A DNA stretch of 64,000 nucleotides from an uncultured beta proteobacterium (GTDB lineage Bacteria; Pseudomonadota; Gammaproteobacteria; Burkholderiales; SG8-39), in the NCBI GenBank assembly GCA_963747775.1, contig CAVVGT010000002.1, positions 42,467 to 106,466 on the forward strand, written 5' to 3'. Below are positions 9,093-18,500 of this stretch, in pieces. The notes under the pieces were generated by a model. That model worked only from the letters and a program-made list of their open reading frames with translations, did not search any database and was not told the origin of the DNA. The first letter of the stretch is position 1. The number at the start of each line of letters is the position of its first letter. The position numbers and the translations under genes are program-made.

Positions 9093-9296
9093 CTAGTAGT
9101 TGTAGCCGTCGACCTGCTTGTACTTGTCGAACTGCATGTTCACCGCGTTGCCGCTCGCCTGCATCGACGTCGCGATGCCGCTGAGGGCCGGGTTCTTCCA
9201 GTAAGCGTCGTCGAACGTCCAGTTGTTGTCCGCGAGGGCAACGCCCGATTGCGCGGCGATGACGGCGGCGGCGATGACGAGAGTGCGCTTGAGCAT
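9093..9296 (-). CDS. small secreted protein (67 aa) with W-x-F-D-x-x-Y-W-K motif
   Basis: ORF 9093..9296(-). It has a signal peptide (MLKRTLVIAAAVIAAQSGVALA) followed by DNNWTFDDAYWKNP. An aaaggag RBS lies upstream. Confidence 0.6.
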   Translation of the reverse strand: MLKRTLVIAAAVIAAQSGVALADNNWTFDDAYWKNPALSGIATSMQASGNAVNMQFDKYKQVDGYNY

Positions 9297-9473
9297 TTTC
9301 AGTCTCCTTTACGTTCAATGAGTTTTCGGTCGGGTTTTGACGGACCGCGATTGCAGCGCGCGTCCATCTGCAGCCAGATACGGCCGTGATCGCGGCCTGG
9401 TTGCACGCCCGGCGGACGATTTGTCGAATCGGTCACGCGCAGGCGGGGCGCCCGCGGCGGCGTTAAGGAATGC

Positions 9474-10115
9474 TCAGCGCGCGGCGTCGCCGAGGTAGGC
9501 GCAGCCGCGATAGGCACCCGGCTGCGCGTCGGCGCGCCAGGCGAAGGTGACCTCCGCCCGATAGGAGAGAACGGCGTTCGCGAGCGGATCCTCGCACCGC
9601 GCCTTGATCAGAACGACGTGGATGCGCGCGGCTTCCGTCTCGCTCTTGAACTCGAAGCCGTCGCCGCGCTTCTGCAGGCCGAGCGGCGGGAACGACGTCG
9701 GCGCGCGGTCGCCGACGCGCTGGAACGCAAGCCGCGTGTCGTCGAACACCATCGACCACGACGGATCGTGTCCGCCGGCCTTCGCGACGACGCGACGCAG
9801 ATCCTCGGAGCAGCCGAGGCCACCGGTCTGGACGCGCGACACGGCGTCCACTCGGAACGCGTCGCCTTCGCGCCGGCCCGCGACCTCGACGACCATGCTG
9901 CGCACGTGGCCCGCCGCGAGGGTGGCGAAGTGCTGGCGCAGCTCGCGCGCCGCGTCCGAGTCCATCAGCTCGAGGCGCTTCCCCGAGCCGCACGGCACGA
10001 TCCACGCGAGACCGCTCTTGCCCTCGGCGTAGATGCCGCGCACCGGCAGATCCGCGGCTGCGGCCGCGGTCGCGACGAGCGCGGCGAGTGCCGCCCCGGT
10101 GAGGCGGACGCTCAT
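9474..10115 (-). CDS. secreted hypothetical protein (213 aa)
   Basis: This is the C-terminal part of composite ORF 9474..11000(-). The ATG at 10115 overlaps the SDR stop (ATGA). It has a signal peptide (MSVRLTGAALAALVATAAAAA). Confidence 0.65.
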   Translation of the reverse strand: MSVRLTGAALAALVATAAAAADLPVRGIYAEGKSGLAWIVPCGSGKRLELMDSDAARELRQHFATLAAGHVRSMVVEVAGRREGDAFRVDAVSRVQTGGLGCSEDLRRVVAKAGGHDPSWSMVFDDTRLAFQRVGDRAPTSFPPLGLQKRGDGFEFKSETEAARIHVVLIKARCEDPLANAVLSYRAEVTFAWRADAQPGAYRGCAYLGDAAR

Positions 10116-10993
10116 CGCTGCGCGCGGTCCTGCTCGTTGCGCGCCTTGATCATGTCTCGGGCGCGCTGCCAGTCGGCATCCGACCACTCGCGCAGGTCGA
10201 AGAACCCGCCCGAGCCCGCCAGATGGGCCGCGCCGTCGAGCGCAATCGTCTGCCCGGTCAGCCAGTCGCAGCCGTCCGCCACGAGGAACGTCGCCAGGTT
10301 GCGGATCTCCTGCATACGGCCGATGCGGCCCATCGGATTCTTCGCCGCGCCGCGCGCCTCGACGGTCTGGCCCGGGTTGAGGCGCGCCCCCATGCCCTCG
10401 GTCGGGAACGGACCGGGCGCGATCGCGTTCAATCGAATCCCGTGCCTGGCCCATTCGACGGCCAGCGACTGGGTCATCACGTGGAGGCCGGCCTTGGACA
10501 TGGCGGAGGGCACGACGTACGGCGAGCCGGTCCAGATCCAGGTGACCAGGACCGAGACGACGCTGCCGCGATGCCCGCCCGCGATCCAGCGCTTCCCGAC
10601 CGCCTGCGTCACGTAGAACGTCCCGTGCAGCACGATGTTGGCGATCGCGTCGAATCCGCGCGGCGAAAGATCCTCGGTGCGGCTGATGAAGTTGCCGGCG
10701 GCATTGTTGACGAGCGCGTCGAGCGGACCGCCGTCGTCCCAGATCGCCTGCGCCATCGCGTCGACTGCGGCCGCGTCGCGGATGTCCACCGCGTGCGTCC
10801 GCACCGTGCCGCCGTGCTGCGCCATCAGTGCGGACGCGGCCTCGTCGAGCACGGCCTTCCGCCGCCCGCAGATGTGGACGGCCGCGCCGAGGCCGAGGTA
10901 CTGCTCCGCAAACTCGCGCCCGAGGCCGGTGCCACCGCCGGTGACGAGGATGCGCTTGCCTTTCAGTAGGTCTGGTCGGAACATCTGCGGCAT
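10112..10993 (-). CDS. short-chain dehydrogenase/reductase (2,4-dienoyl-CoA-reductase-like)
   Basis: ORF 10112..10993(-). It has the Rossmann motif ILVTGGGTGLG, an NNAAGNF motif and SAMSKAG. Confidence 0.9.
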   Translation of the reverse strand: MPQMFRPDLLKGKRILVTGGGTGLGREFAEQYLGLGAAVHICGRRKAVLDEAASALMAQHGGTVRTHAVDIRDAAAVDAMAQAIWDDGGPLDALVNNAAGNFISRTEDLSPRGFDAIANIVLHGTFYVTQAVGKRWIAGGHRGSVVSVLVTWIWTGSPYVVPSAMSKAGLHVMTQSLAVEWARHGIRLNAIAPGPFPTEGMGARLNPGQTVEARGAAKNPMGRIGRMQEIRNLATFLVADGCDWLTGQTIALDGAAHLAGSGGFFDLREWSDADWQRARDMIKARNEQDRAQR

Positions 10994-11029
10994 CTCCCAC
11001 GTGCGTTCCCGTTCATTCTAAGGTCATCC

Positions 11030-12145
11030 ATGTCCCTGCCCGCGCCCGCCCTTCCCGGCCAACCGCTTGCGGACGTCGACACGCCCGCGCTCCTGCTCGA
11101 TCTCGACCGCTTCGAGCGCAACCTGCAGACCATGGCGGACGCGGTGCGCCTTCTCGGGGTGCGTCTGCGGCCGCACGCCAAGTCGCACAAGTGCGCCGAG
11201 ATCGCGCGGCGCCAGATCGCCGCCGGCGCGGTCGGTGTGTGCGTGCAGAAGACATCCGAGGCGGAGGCGCTCGTCGCCGGCGGCGTGCAGGACGTGCTGA
11301 TCGCGAACGAGGTCGTCGGCCGCGGCAAGCTCGCGCGCCTCGCTGAGCTCGGCAAGTCCGCGCGGATCGGCGTGTGCGTCGACGACGCCGCGGTCATCGC
11401 CGATCTCGACGCGGCGGCGCGCGCGGCCGGCTCTCGCCTCGACGTCTACATCGAGGTGAACGTCGGCGCAAACCGCTGCGGCGTTGAGCCCGGCGCGCCG
11501 GCGCTGCGGCTCGCGCAGGTCGTGAGCGGCTCGAGCAACCTGCGCCTCGCGGGCCTCCAGGCCTATCAAGGCGCCGCGCAGCACTTGCGCACCATCGAGG
11601 AGCGGCGGGCCGCGATCGCGCAGGCGGTGGAGAACGCGGGGCGCTCGCGCCGGCTGATCGAGGACGAAGGCCTCGCGTGCGACATCGTCACCGGTGCCGG
11701 GACCGGCACGTTCATCTACGAAGGGGCGAGCGGCGTCTACGACGAGCTGCAGCCGGGCTCGTACGTTTTCATGGACGCCGATTACAACCGCAATGGCTGG
11801 GACGGGTTCCCGCGCTTCGAGCAGAGCCTGTTCATCTGGTCGACCGCCATGAGCGCGCCGACGCCTGAGCGCATCGTGCTCGATGCCGGGCTCAAGGCCC
11901 ACAGCTTTGACTCCGGCATGCCGCAGGTCGTCGGGTTTCCGGGCGTGGAGTACGTGCGGCCGTCAGATGAACACGGTGTGCTGAAGGTGGCGGCGGGCGC
12001 CCGCGCCCCGCGCCTGGGCGGGAAGCTCCGGCTCGTTCCCGGCCACTGCGACCCGACCGTCAACCTCTACGACTGGCTCGTCTGCTGCCGCGGCGATCGG
12101 GTCGAGGCGGTGTGGCCCGTGACGGCGCGCGGCGCGTTCTACTGA
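11030..12145 (+). CDS. PLP enzyme with alanine-racemase-N fold (D-threonine aldolase / D-serine dehydratase-like family)
   Basis: ORF 11030..12145. It has DTPALLLDLDRFERN, the PLP-lysine region RPHAKSHK, and C-terminal HCDPTVNLYD. Confidence 0.85.
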   Translation: MSLPAPALPGQPLADVDTPALLLDLDRFERNLQTMADAVRLLGVRLRPHAKSHKCAEIARRQIAAGAVGVCVQKTSEAEALVAGGVQDVLIANEVVGRGKLARLAELGKSARIGVCVDDAAVIADLDAAARAAGSRLDVYIEVNVGANRCGVEPGAPALRLAQVVSGSSNLRLAGLQAYQGAAQHLRTIEERRAAIAQAVENAGRSRRLIEDEGLACDIVTGAGTGTFIYEGASGVYDELQPGSYVFMDADYNRNGWDGFPRFEQSLFIWSTAMSAPTPERIVLDAGLKAHSFDSGMPQVVGFPGVEYVRPSDEHGVLKVAAGARAPRLGGKLRLVPGHCDPTVNLYDWLVCCRGDRVEAVWPVTARGAFY

Positions 12146-12219
12146 GCGGGAGGCGGCTTGACGTTGGGACGGTCGCGCTCCAGAATGGCTCCAGTGGAGC
12201 CGTTTTGGAGCCATCATAG

Positions 12220-12489
12220 ATGCCGGTCAATCTTTCCGTTAAGAACGTGCCCGACGCACTGGCCGACCGGCTGCGCGCGCGAGCGGAACGCAATCGACGC
12301 TCGCTGCAGCGCGAGCTGTTGAGCATTCTCGAGGCAGCGGTCGACCAGCGGGCCCCCCCTGCACCGCTCGCCCCGGCGGCGCCGCGAAACCTCTCCATCG
12401 AAGAGATGGCCGCGCGCGCGCGGAAGCTCTTTCCGCGCGGAACTCCAAGCTCGGTCGCATGGATCCGCGCGATGCGTGACAGCCGCTGA
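12220..12489 (+). CDS. ribbon-helix-helix antitoxin (VapB/FitA-like)
   Basis: ORF 12220..12489 starts MPVNLSVKNVPDALADRLRARAERNRRSLQRELLSILE. A PIN-domain gene follows immediately. Confidence 0.8.
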   Translation: MPVNLSVKNVPDALADRLRARAERNRRSLQRELLSILEAAVDQRAPPAPLAPAAPRNLSIEEMAARARKLFPRGTPSSVAWIRAMRDSR

Positions 12490-12492
12490 CCG

Positions 12493-12975
12493 ATGGCGGC
12501 CGATCGCGCGCGGCCGCGGCAACGCTCGCCCGCCACGCTCCACCTTGCCGAGCCGCCGTCGGCTTATTTGCGCCGGCCGCGCATCGTCGCCGATGCAACC
12601 GTGCTCGCGGCTGCCGCCTTCGGCGAGGAGGACCAGGCCCAGGCAGTGGCGCTGCTGCAAGGGCGCGCGCTTGCTGCACCACACCTCGTCGACTACGAAA
12701 TGACCAACGTGGCGCTGAAGAAGCTGCGCCGCGCGGGCCTGACCGTTGATGCGGTGACCGCCTCGCTCGACGCGTTCGCGGCGCTCGCGATCGAGCGGCA
12801 CGCGATAGATCCTCCTGCCGTGTTGGCGCTGGCGCAGCGCTACAAGCTGACCGCCTACGATGCCGCCTACCTCTGGCTCGCCGAGCGGCTGGAAGCGCCG
12901 CTGGCGACGTTCGACGCGGCATTGGCGCGCGCGGCGCAAGACCACCTGGCCGGGGGCGGGAGCGAGGGCAATTGA
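12493..12975 (+). CDS. vapC: PIN-domain toxin (VapC-like)
   Basis: ORF 12493..12975. PIN acidic positions are present (IVADATVL, FGEED, TAYDAAYLWLA). The ATG at 12493 gives a ~25-aa N-terminal extension. An alternative TTG at 12568 would give MRRPRIVADATVL. Confidence 0.75.
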   Translation: MAADRARPRQRSPATLHLAEPPSAYLRRPRIVADATVLAAAAFGEEDQAQAVALLQGRALAAPHLVDYEMTNVALKKLRRAGLTVDAVTASLDAFAALAIERHAIDPPAVLALAQRYKLTAYDAAYLWLAERLEAPLATFDAALARAAQDHLAGGGSEGN

Positions 12976-13094
12976 GCCGCGCGGGAGGCGGCTCCCGCGC
13001 TCGCTACGATCCCTCCCTCCCGCCCGCTCCATGAGCCGAGCGTACGCACATCCCGGATCCGGAGCGTCGAGGCGGCTGCGCTAGAGGCCGGCAC

Positions 13095-13523
13095 TCATCG
13101 GCTCGCCGCGTCCGAGCATTCGGCCATCGGCCTGGTCGACACGCACTCATTGCAGAAGCGCCACCAGATGCGCAGGCTCGGATCGCATTCCGGATCGGGC
13201 TCGGTGCGGGCCTGGCTCCCGCGCCGCAGAAGCGCAGGCGTGCTCGCAGCCCCCGCATTCGAGAATTCCCACTCGAGGACGTCCTGCAAGCGTTCGGTAG
13301 TGTGGGCTTGCAGCCCCCATCCGGCGACCCCGAACGCCAGGATCGTCGGCATGTATCGCATCGGTCGGTTCGCATTGCGCATCGCGGAGCTCCGGTCGAA
13401 CACAGTGGTGATGCGCGCGAGGCTCGCTGGCGCGGGAGACGCCGCGATGTCCGCGAGACCGGGTCGAATTTCATTCGTCGCGCGGGCGACGGTAACCGTC
13501 GCGGTGGCGCGACTACCGGCCAT
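13095..13523 (-). CDS. hypothetical protein (weak call, start uncertain)
   Basis: This is the best-looking frame in an otherwise unassigned 0.7-kb stretch (ORF 13095..13619(-)). Third-position GC is ~80% in the 3' half. The C-terminus PECDPSLRIWWRFCNECVSTRPMAEC is Cys-rich. Confidence 0.3.
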   Translation of the reverse strand: MAGSRATATVTVARATNEIRPGLADIAASPAPASLARITTVFDRSSAMRNANRPMRYMPTILAFGVAGWGLQAHTTERLQDVLEWEFSNAGAASTPALLRRGSQARTEPDPECDPSLRIWWRFCNECVSTRPMAECSDAASR

Positions 13524-13704
13524 GCCGGCAGGAAGCAGACCCGTCGCATCCGCAACGCTCCGGCACCGCATCCCGACAACCGCATCCCGGCGGTTACTGA
13601 TGCAACGCAAAACCCTCAACTGGACATGGCGCGGAGGCGCGGGAGCGTGACGATGACGGTGCGTCGTAATCGAACGATGCGCCCACCCAACCTCCTAAAG
13701 GAAG

Positions 13705-14010
13705 ATGACCATGTCCAGGAAACTCGTTGTAACCCTCGCTTCGGCCGCGCTGCTCGCCGGTACCGGTTCGCCTGTCCTCGCGCACGGCGACTGGGCGTTC
13801 GACAACTCCTACTGGAAGCAGCAGCTCAACCGCGACGGCGAGCGCAACACACTTGGCAAGCTCGAGTCCGGGCCCTTCGCAGTCGGCCCGCGCGAGACCA
13901 TGAGCGATGCGGGCAGCGAGTCGCGTGCTGCAGGCGCCGGGTTCGCCACGGCGAACGAGGCCGAGAAAGCGCGACTCGACGCCGCCGGATTCTCCCAATA
14001 CAACCCGTAA
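13705..14010 (+). CDS. small secreted protein (101 aa) with W-x-F-D-x-x-Y-W-K motif
   Basis: ORF 13705..14010. It has a signal peptide (...LVVTLASAALLAGTGSPVLA) followed by HGDWAFDNSYWKQQ. An aaggaag RBS is present. The start may be the second ATG at 13711. Confidence 0.6.
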   Translation: MTMSRKLVVTLASAALLAGTGSPVLAHGDWAFDNSYWKQQLNRDGERNTLGKLESGPFAVGPRETMSDAGSESRAAGAGFATANEAEKARLDAAGFSQYNP

Positions 14011-14185
14011 TACGACTGGCCGCGGGCCGGGCCTCAACCGGTGCCGCGGCCAGGGCCCGCTTCGGCCGGGTCTGATCGAAGTGGCCGCAAGAGGCTCGCG
14101 CCTCGTGTCCGCGGCGTGCGCACGGCGATCGCGCGCTGAGCCCGGCGATGAGAGAGCAGGCAGGGGAGGCTGCGCGCCGCGCGAC

Positions 14186-14905
14186 TCAGCGCACGATCTC
14201 GACCGCCGCGGTGAACACGTACCCCGCGCCCCGCTCCGTGCGGATGAACCGCGGGCGCGCCGCGTCCGGCTCGAGCTTCTTGCGCAACCGCCCCACCTGC
14301 ACGTCGATCGACCGGTCGTAGACCTCGTCATTGTGCAGGCGCGACAGATCGAGCAGCTGGTCGCGCGAGAGCACCCGCTGCGGAGCGGCGAGGAACGCCG
14401 CCAGCAGATTGAACTCGCTGTTGGTCAAGGCCACGGTCTCGCCGCCAGGTGTGGTCAGGCGACGCAACCGCACGTTGAGCTCCCACCCCGCGAAGCGGTA
14501 CGCGCGGATCCGCGCCAGACCGTCGGCAACGGTCTCGTGGGCGCGGGAGCGCCGGAGCAGGGCGCGAATGCGAGCGAGCAGCTCGCGCGGCGAGAAGGGC
14601 TTCGTGAGGTAGTCGTCCGCGCCGAGCTCTAGGCCCATCACCCGGTCGGCCTCGTCCTTGCGGCCGGTGAGCATGATGATGGGCAGGTCCGAATCCTCTC
14701 GCAGCTTGCGGGCGATCTGCATCCCGTCCTCGCCCGGCAGGCGCAGGTCGAGCACTAGGAGGTCGATTGTCTCCCGGGCCATGACCCCGGCGATCTCCTG
14801 CCCGCTCGACAGGGTGGTCACGCGCACTTCGTTGTCACCCAGGTAGTCGGCGATCATCTGGCGCACCGACGGATCGTCGTCGACGGCGAGGACGTGCGCA
14901 GTCAT
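14186..14905 (-). CDS. OmpR/PhoB-family response regulator
   Basis: Internal ATG at 14905 of ORF 14186..15097(-). The receiver is typical (VLAVDDDPS, LLVLDLRLPGEDG, DDYLTKPF). The C-terminus is a winged-helix domain (RFAGWELN...LTNSEFNLL...RSIDVQVGRLRKKLE...GAGYVF). Confidence 0.9.
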   Translation of the reverse strand: MTAHVLAVDDDPSVRQMIADYLGDNEVRVTTLSSGQEIAGVMARETIDLLVLDLRLPGEDGMQIARKLREDSDLPIIMLTGRKDEADRVMGLELGADDYLTKPFSPRELLARIRALLRRSRAHETVADGLARIRAYRFAGWELNVRLRRLTTPGGETVALTNSEFNLLAAFLAAPQRVLSRDQLLDLSRLHNDEVYDRSIDVQVGRLRKKLEPDAARPRFIRTERGAGYVFTAAVEIVR

Positions 14906-15008
14906 CGTCGATTGGCCTACTTCCATCAGTCCGGTGGCTCCGTCGGGCATGGCGCTGCCACAGTAAGGGCCCCACGCCTCCCGGAAATGTAGCCGAGGGC
15001 GTCCGCGC

Positions 15009-15045
15009 GTGTCACTTGACACATTTCGACGTGCGATCGTCGCAC
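15009..15045. promoter_or_regulatory. two short palindromes in divergent promoter region
   Basis: gtgtca-ct-tgacac lies at 15009-15022 and gtgcga-tcg-tcgcac at 15031-15045. Both sit between the divergent response-regulator gene (start 14905) and receiver gene (start 15101). Confidence 0.3.
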
Positions 15046-15100
15046 TGCGGTGGCGGCCCGAATCCCTAATTGAAATCCATGCGTCGATGAGGGGCAAGCG

Positions 15101-15463
15101 GTGAAGCGAGACGGCTATATTCTTATCGTCGAGAATGACGATCTCATACGCGAGCTGCTCGAGGGCTGGCTCAGAGAGGCAGGGTACGCCGTGGTCGCGG
15201 GGTCATCCGCTGCAACTGCGCGGGGGGACGCGCCGCGCCTCGTCATCGCCAACGTTTCGAGCCCGCGCGGCGCCGGCGCGCTGATCCGGTCGCTGCAGGC
15301 GACGTATCCGGCACCAATCCTCGTGATCTCGGCGCGGTTCCGGCGCGGCCTCGGTGCGTCGAAGGTTGCGGCGCGGCAGCTGGGCGTGTGCAAGGTGCTG
15401 CCGAAGCCATTTGCGCGCGGCGAGCTGCTCGCCGCCGTCGGCGAGGCGCTCGAGGGCTCGTGA
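15101..15463 (+). CDS. single-domain receiver protein lacking the phospho-acceptor Asp (Asn instead)
   Basis: ORF 15101..15463 with a GTG start. The receiver fold landmarks are present: IVENDD (acidic pair), ILVISA (Ser/Thr) and KVLPKPF (Lys-Pro). The expected LxxxD position reads LVIANVSSP. Confidence 0.75.
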   Translation: MKRDGYILIVENDDLIRELLEGWLREAGYAVVAGSSAATARGDAPRLVIANVSSPRGAGALIRSLQATYPAPILVISARFRRGLGASKVAARQLGVCKVLPKPFARGELLAAVGEALEGS

Positions 15464-15539
15464 CGCGCGCGGCCTGCGCTGGCCGGGCAACGCGACCGTG
15501 CTGCGTGCTATTCGTGGGGATGTTCGCTGCGATTCAAAC

Positions 15540-18500
15540 ATGATTAGCCCTCTCCGCTTTTCCCCTTCCAGACTGGCGCTTGGCTACATCGCGCTCAGCG
15601 TGCTGGCGCTCGCCCTGTTCGCGGTTCCGCTCTGGTATGCCTGGCGCACGAATCTCTCGACGCTCAAGGCATACGTTCAGGGAGAGGACCAGCAGAGGCT
15701 GATCGACGCCTTCGACCGGGAGGGTGCGCCGGGACTTGCCGCGGCGATCGCGTCACAGGCGACGAGCTTGCCTGGCGACGAGATCATGATCCTCGCCGAC
15801 CCGTCAAACCGCCGCCTTGCCGGCAACCTGCCCGCCTGGCCGGCACAGGTCCCCGAGGCGCCGGGGACCTACGGTCTCGTGATCGACGTCGGCGGCGGAG
15901 CGACGATGCGGGTGGTCGGCTCGCACGTGGTGCTGCCGGGCGGATACCGCCTCCTGCTGGCGCGCGAGAGTGTCCTCTTCCACGCGTTCATCGAGCGCTT
16001 CTGGTTCGGGATTGCCGGCGCGGTTGCCATCGTTCTGCTGCTGAGTGCCGCAGCCGGCTGGCTGATCCGCCGCGGGTTGCTTTCCGAAGTGCGGGAGATC
16101 AGCCGTACCGCGTCCGCAATCGTCGAGGGCGATCTTTCACGCCGCCTGGCGACGCGTGGCAGTTCGCCAGAGCTCGACGCGCTCGCGCGGACCGTCAACG
16201 GCATGCTCGCGCAGCTCGCCAGCCAGAACGTGCAGCTGGAGGGCGAGGTCACCGTTCGCCGCCAGGCGGAGCAGGCGCTCCATAAGGCCTACGACGAGCT
16301 GGAGGGCGTGGTCGCGCAGCGAACGGCACAACTGGCGCGTGCGAACGAGTCGCTTCAGCTCTCCGAGGAACGCTACGCCCGCGCGATGGAGGCCTCGGAC
16401 GAGGGCCACTGGGAAATGAACAGTGCCACCGGCGAAATATTCGTGTCGGTGCGCATGAACCAGATCTTCGGCTGGGCCGCCGACACGCGGTTCGCCGACC
16501 ACGCGGAGTTCGTCGCGCGGGCGCCGTTCCATCCGGACGATCGCCAGCGCGTGCTGGACACCGTTCGGGGACTTGTCGCGGGCGAGTCGGAGCGCTACGA
16601 GCTGGAGTACCGCATCGTGCCTCGCCCGGGCGAGATCCGCTGGGTGCGATCGCGCGCAAAGGCATTTAGGGACGAGCGCGGCGCATTGGCGCGGTTCAGC
16701 GGCTCACTGACCGACATCACCGACCGCCGGCGCGGCGAGGAGGCGCTTGCCGAGTCCGAAGCGCGCTTCCGCAGCCTGACCAAGCTCTCGACCGATTTCT
16801 TCTGGGAGACGGACGTCGCGGACCGATTCACCTCGGTCGAGACCGGCAAGGCTTACCCCGGGGTCCGCAACGTCGCGTGGTCGAAGCTCGGCAAGACCCG
16901 CTGGGAGATCCCGCACGTCTCGCCTGACGAGGCGGCGTGGACTGCGCACCGGGCGGTGATCGCGGCGCGCCAGCGATTCGTCGATTTCGGTTTTTCCCGC
17001 ATCGAGAACGGCGAGGAGCGGTTCTATGAGCACAGCGGCGAACCCCGCTTCGACGCCCAAGGGCGATTCCTCGGCTATCGCGGCGTCGGGCGCGACGTCA
17101 CCGATCGCAAACTCGCCGAGAATGCGCTGCGCGAATCGGAGGACCGGTTCGTGCTCGCCGTGGCGGGCTCGAACGACGGCATCTGGGATTGGGACCTGAC
17201 GACCGGCGCGATGTTCCTCTCCGAGCGCGCGCAGCGGCTGTACGGACTCGAGCCCGGGCCGACCATCCGACCACGCACCGAGTGGCGCGAGATGGTAAAG
17301 CTCTACCCCCAGGACGCGGAACCGCAGCGCATCGCCGTCGAGGACTATCTCGTGGGCCGCGAGCCTCGCTACGAGGGCGAGTGGCGCGTCCGCCATCCCG
17401 ACGGAACCTATCGCTGGGTACGCATCCGCGGCCTGTGCGTGCGCGACGAGAGCGGCCGGGCCACCCGGATGGCCGGGTCGGTCAGCGATGTCGACCGGCA
17501 GAAGCGCGCCGAGGAAGCGCTGCGCGAGAGCGAAGCCCGCTTCCGCAGCCTGACCGAGCTTTCCTCCGACTGGTACTGGAAGCAGGACGAGAACCGGCGT
17601 TTCACGTACCTGTCGAGCGAGGTTGATGACCTATCCGGCTACTCGGCTGAATCCTCGATCGGCAAGACCCGGTGGGAACTTGCCAACATGGAGCCGCTGT
17701 CCTGTTCCTGGCCCGAGCACCAGGCCGTGCTCGAAGCGCGGCAGCCGTTTCGAGATTTCGAATGCTGCCGCGTGGGCGAGGACGGAACCGCCCGCTACAT
17801 CAGCGTCAGCGGCGCGCCGATTTTCGACGAGCAAGGCCGCTTCAAGGGCTACCAGGGCGTCGGGCGCAACATCACCGAGCGCAAGCGCATCGAGGAGGCG
17901 CTGCGGCTCTCCGAGGCGCGCTACGCGCGCGCCATGGAAGCGACGGTGGAGGGCCACTGGGAGTGGGACGTTGTGACCGACGACATCTTCGTGTCCCGAA
18001 CGGTGAACCGGCTTTTCGGTTTACCGGAAGATGCGCACTTCAAGAAGCGAGCGGACCTCATCGCCAATGCGCCCTATCACCCGGACGACCGGGAGCACAT
18101 CGCGTCCGCGGTGCATGCCGGACTCACGGGGGCGTCGGATCGCGCCGATTTCGAGTATCGCATCGTTCTTCCGCCAGGACAGGTCCGGTGGCTGCGCGCG
18201 CGCTGGAAGATTCTGCGCGACCCGCACGGCGCGCCGTTGCGCGTCACCGGCGTCCTGACCGACATCACCGAGCGCAAGCGCGCGGAAGAGGAACTGCGTT
18301 CCCGCCAGGAGATGCTCGACCTCGCGCAGAAGGCCGCCCGCGCGGTGGCGTTCGAATGGCGCATCGGCTCAGGCGAGGGACAGAACCGCTGGTCGCCGGA
18401 TCTCGAGGCGATGTACGGCCTCGCACCGGGCACCTACGACGGCACGTACGAGACCTGGAAGAAGCTCGTCTTCCCGGAGGACTGGCCGGCGGTGAAGGTC

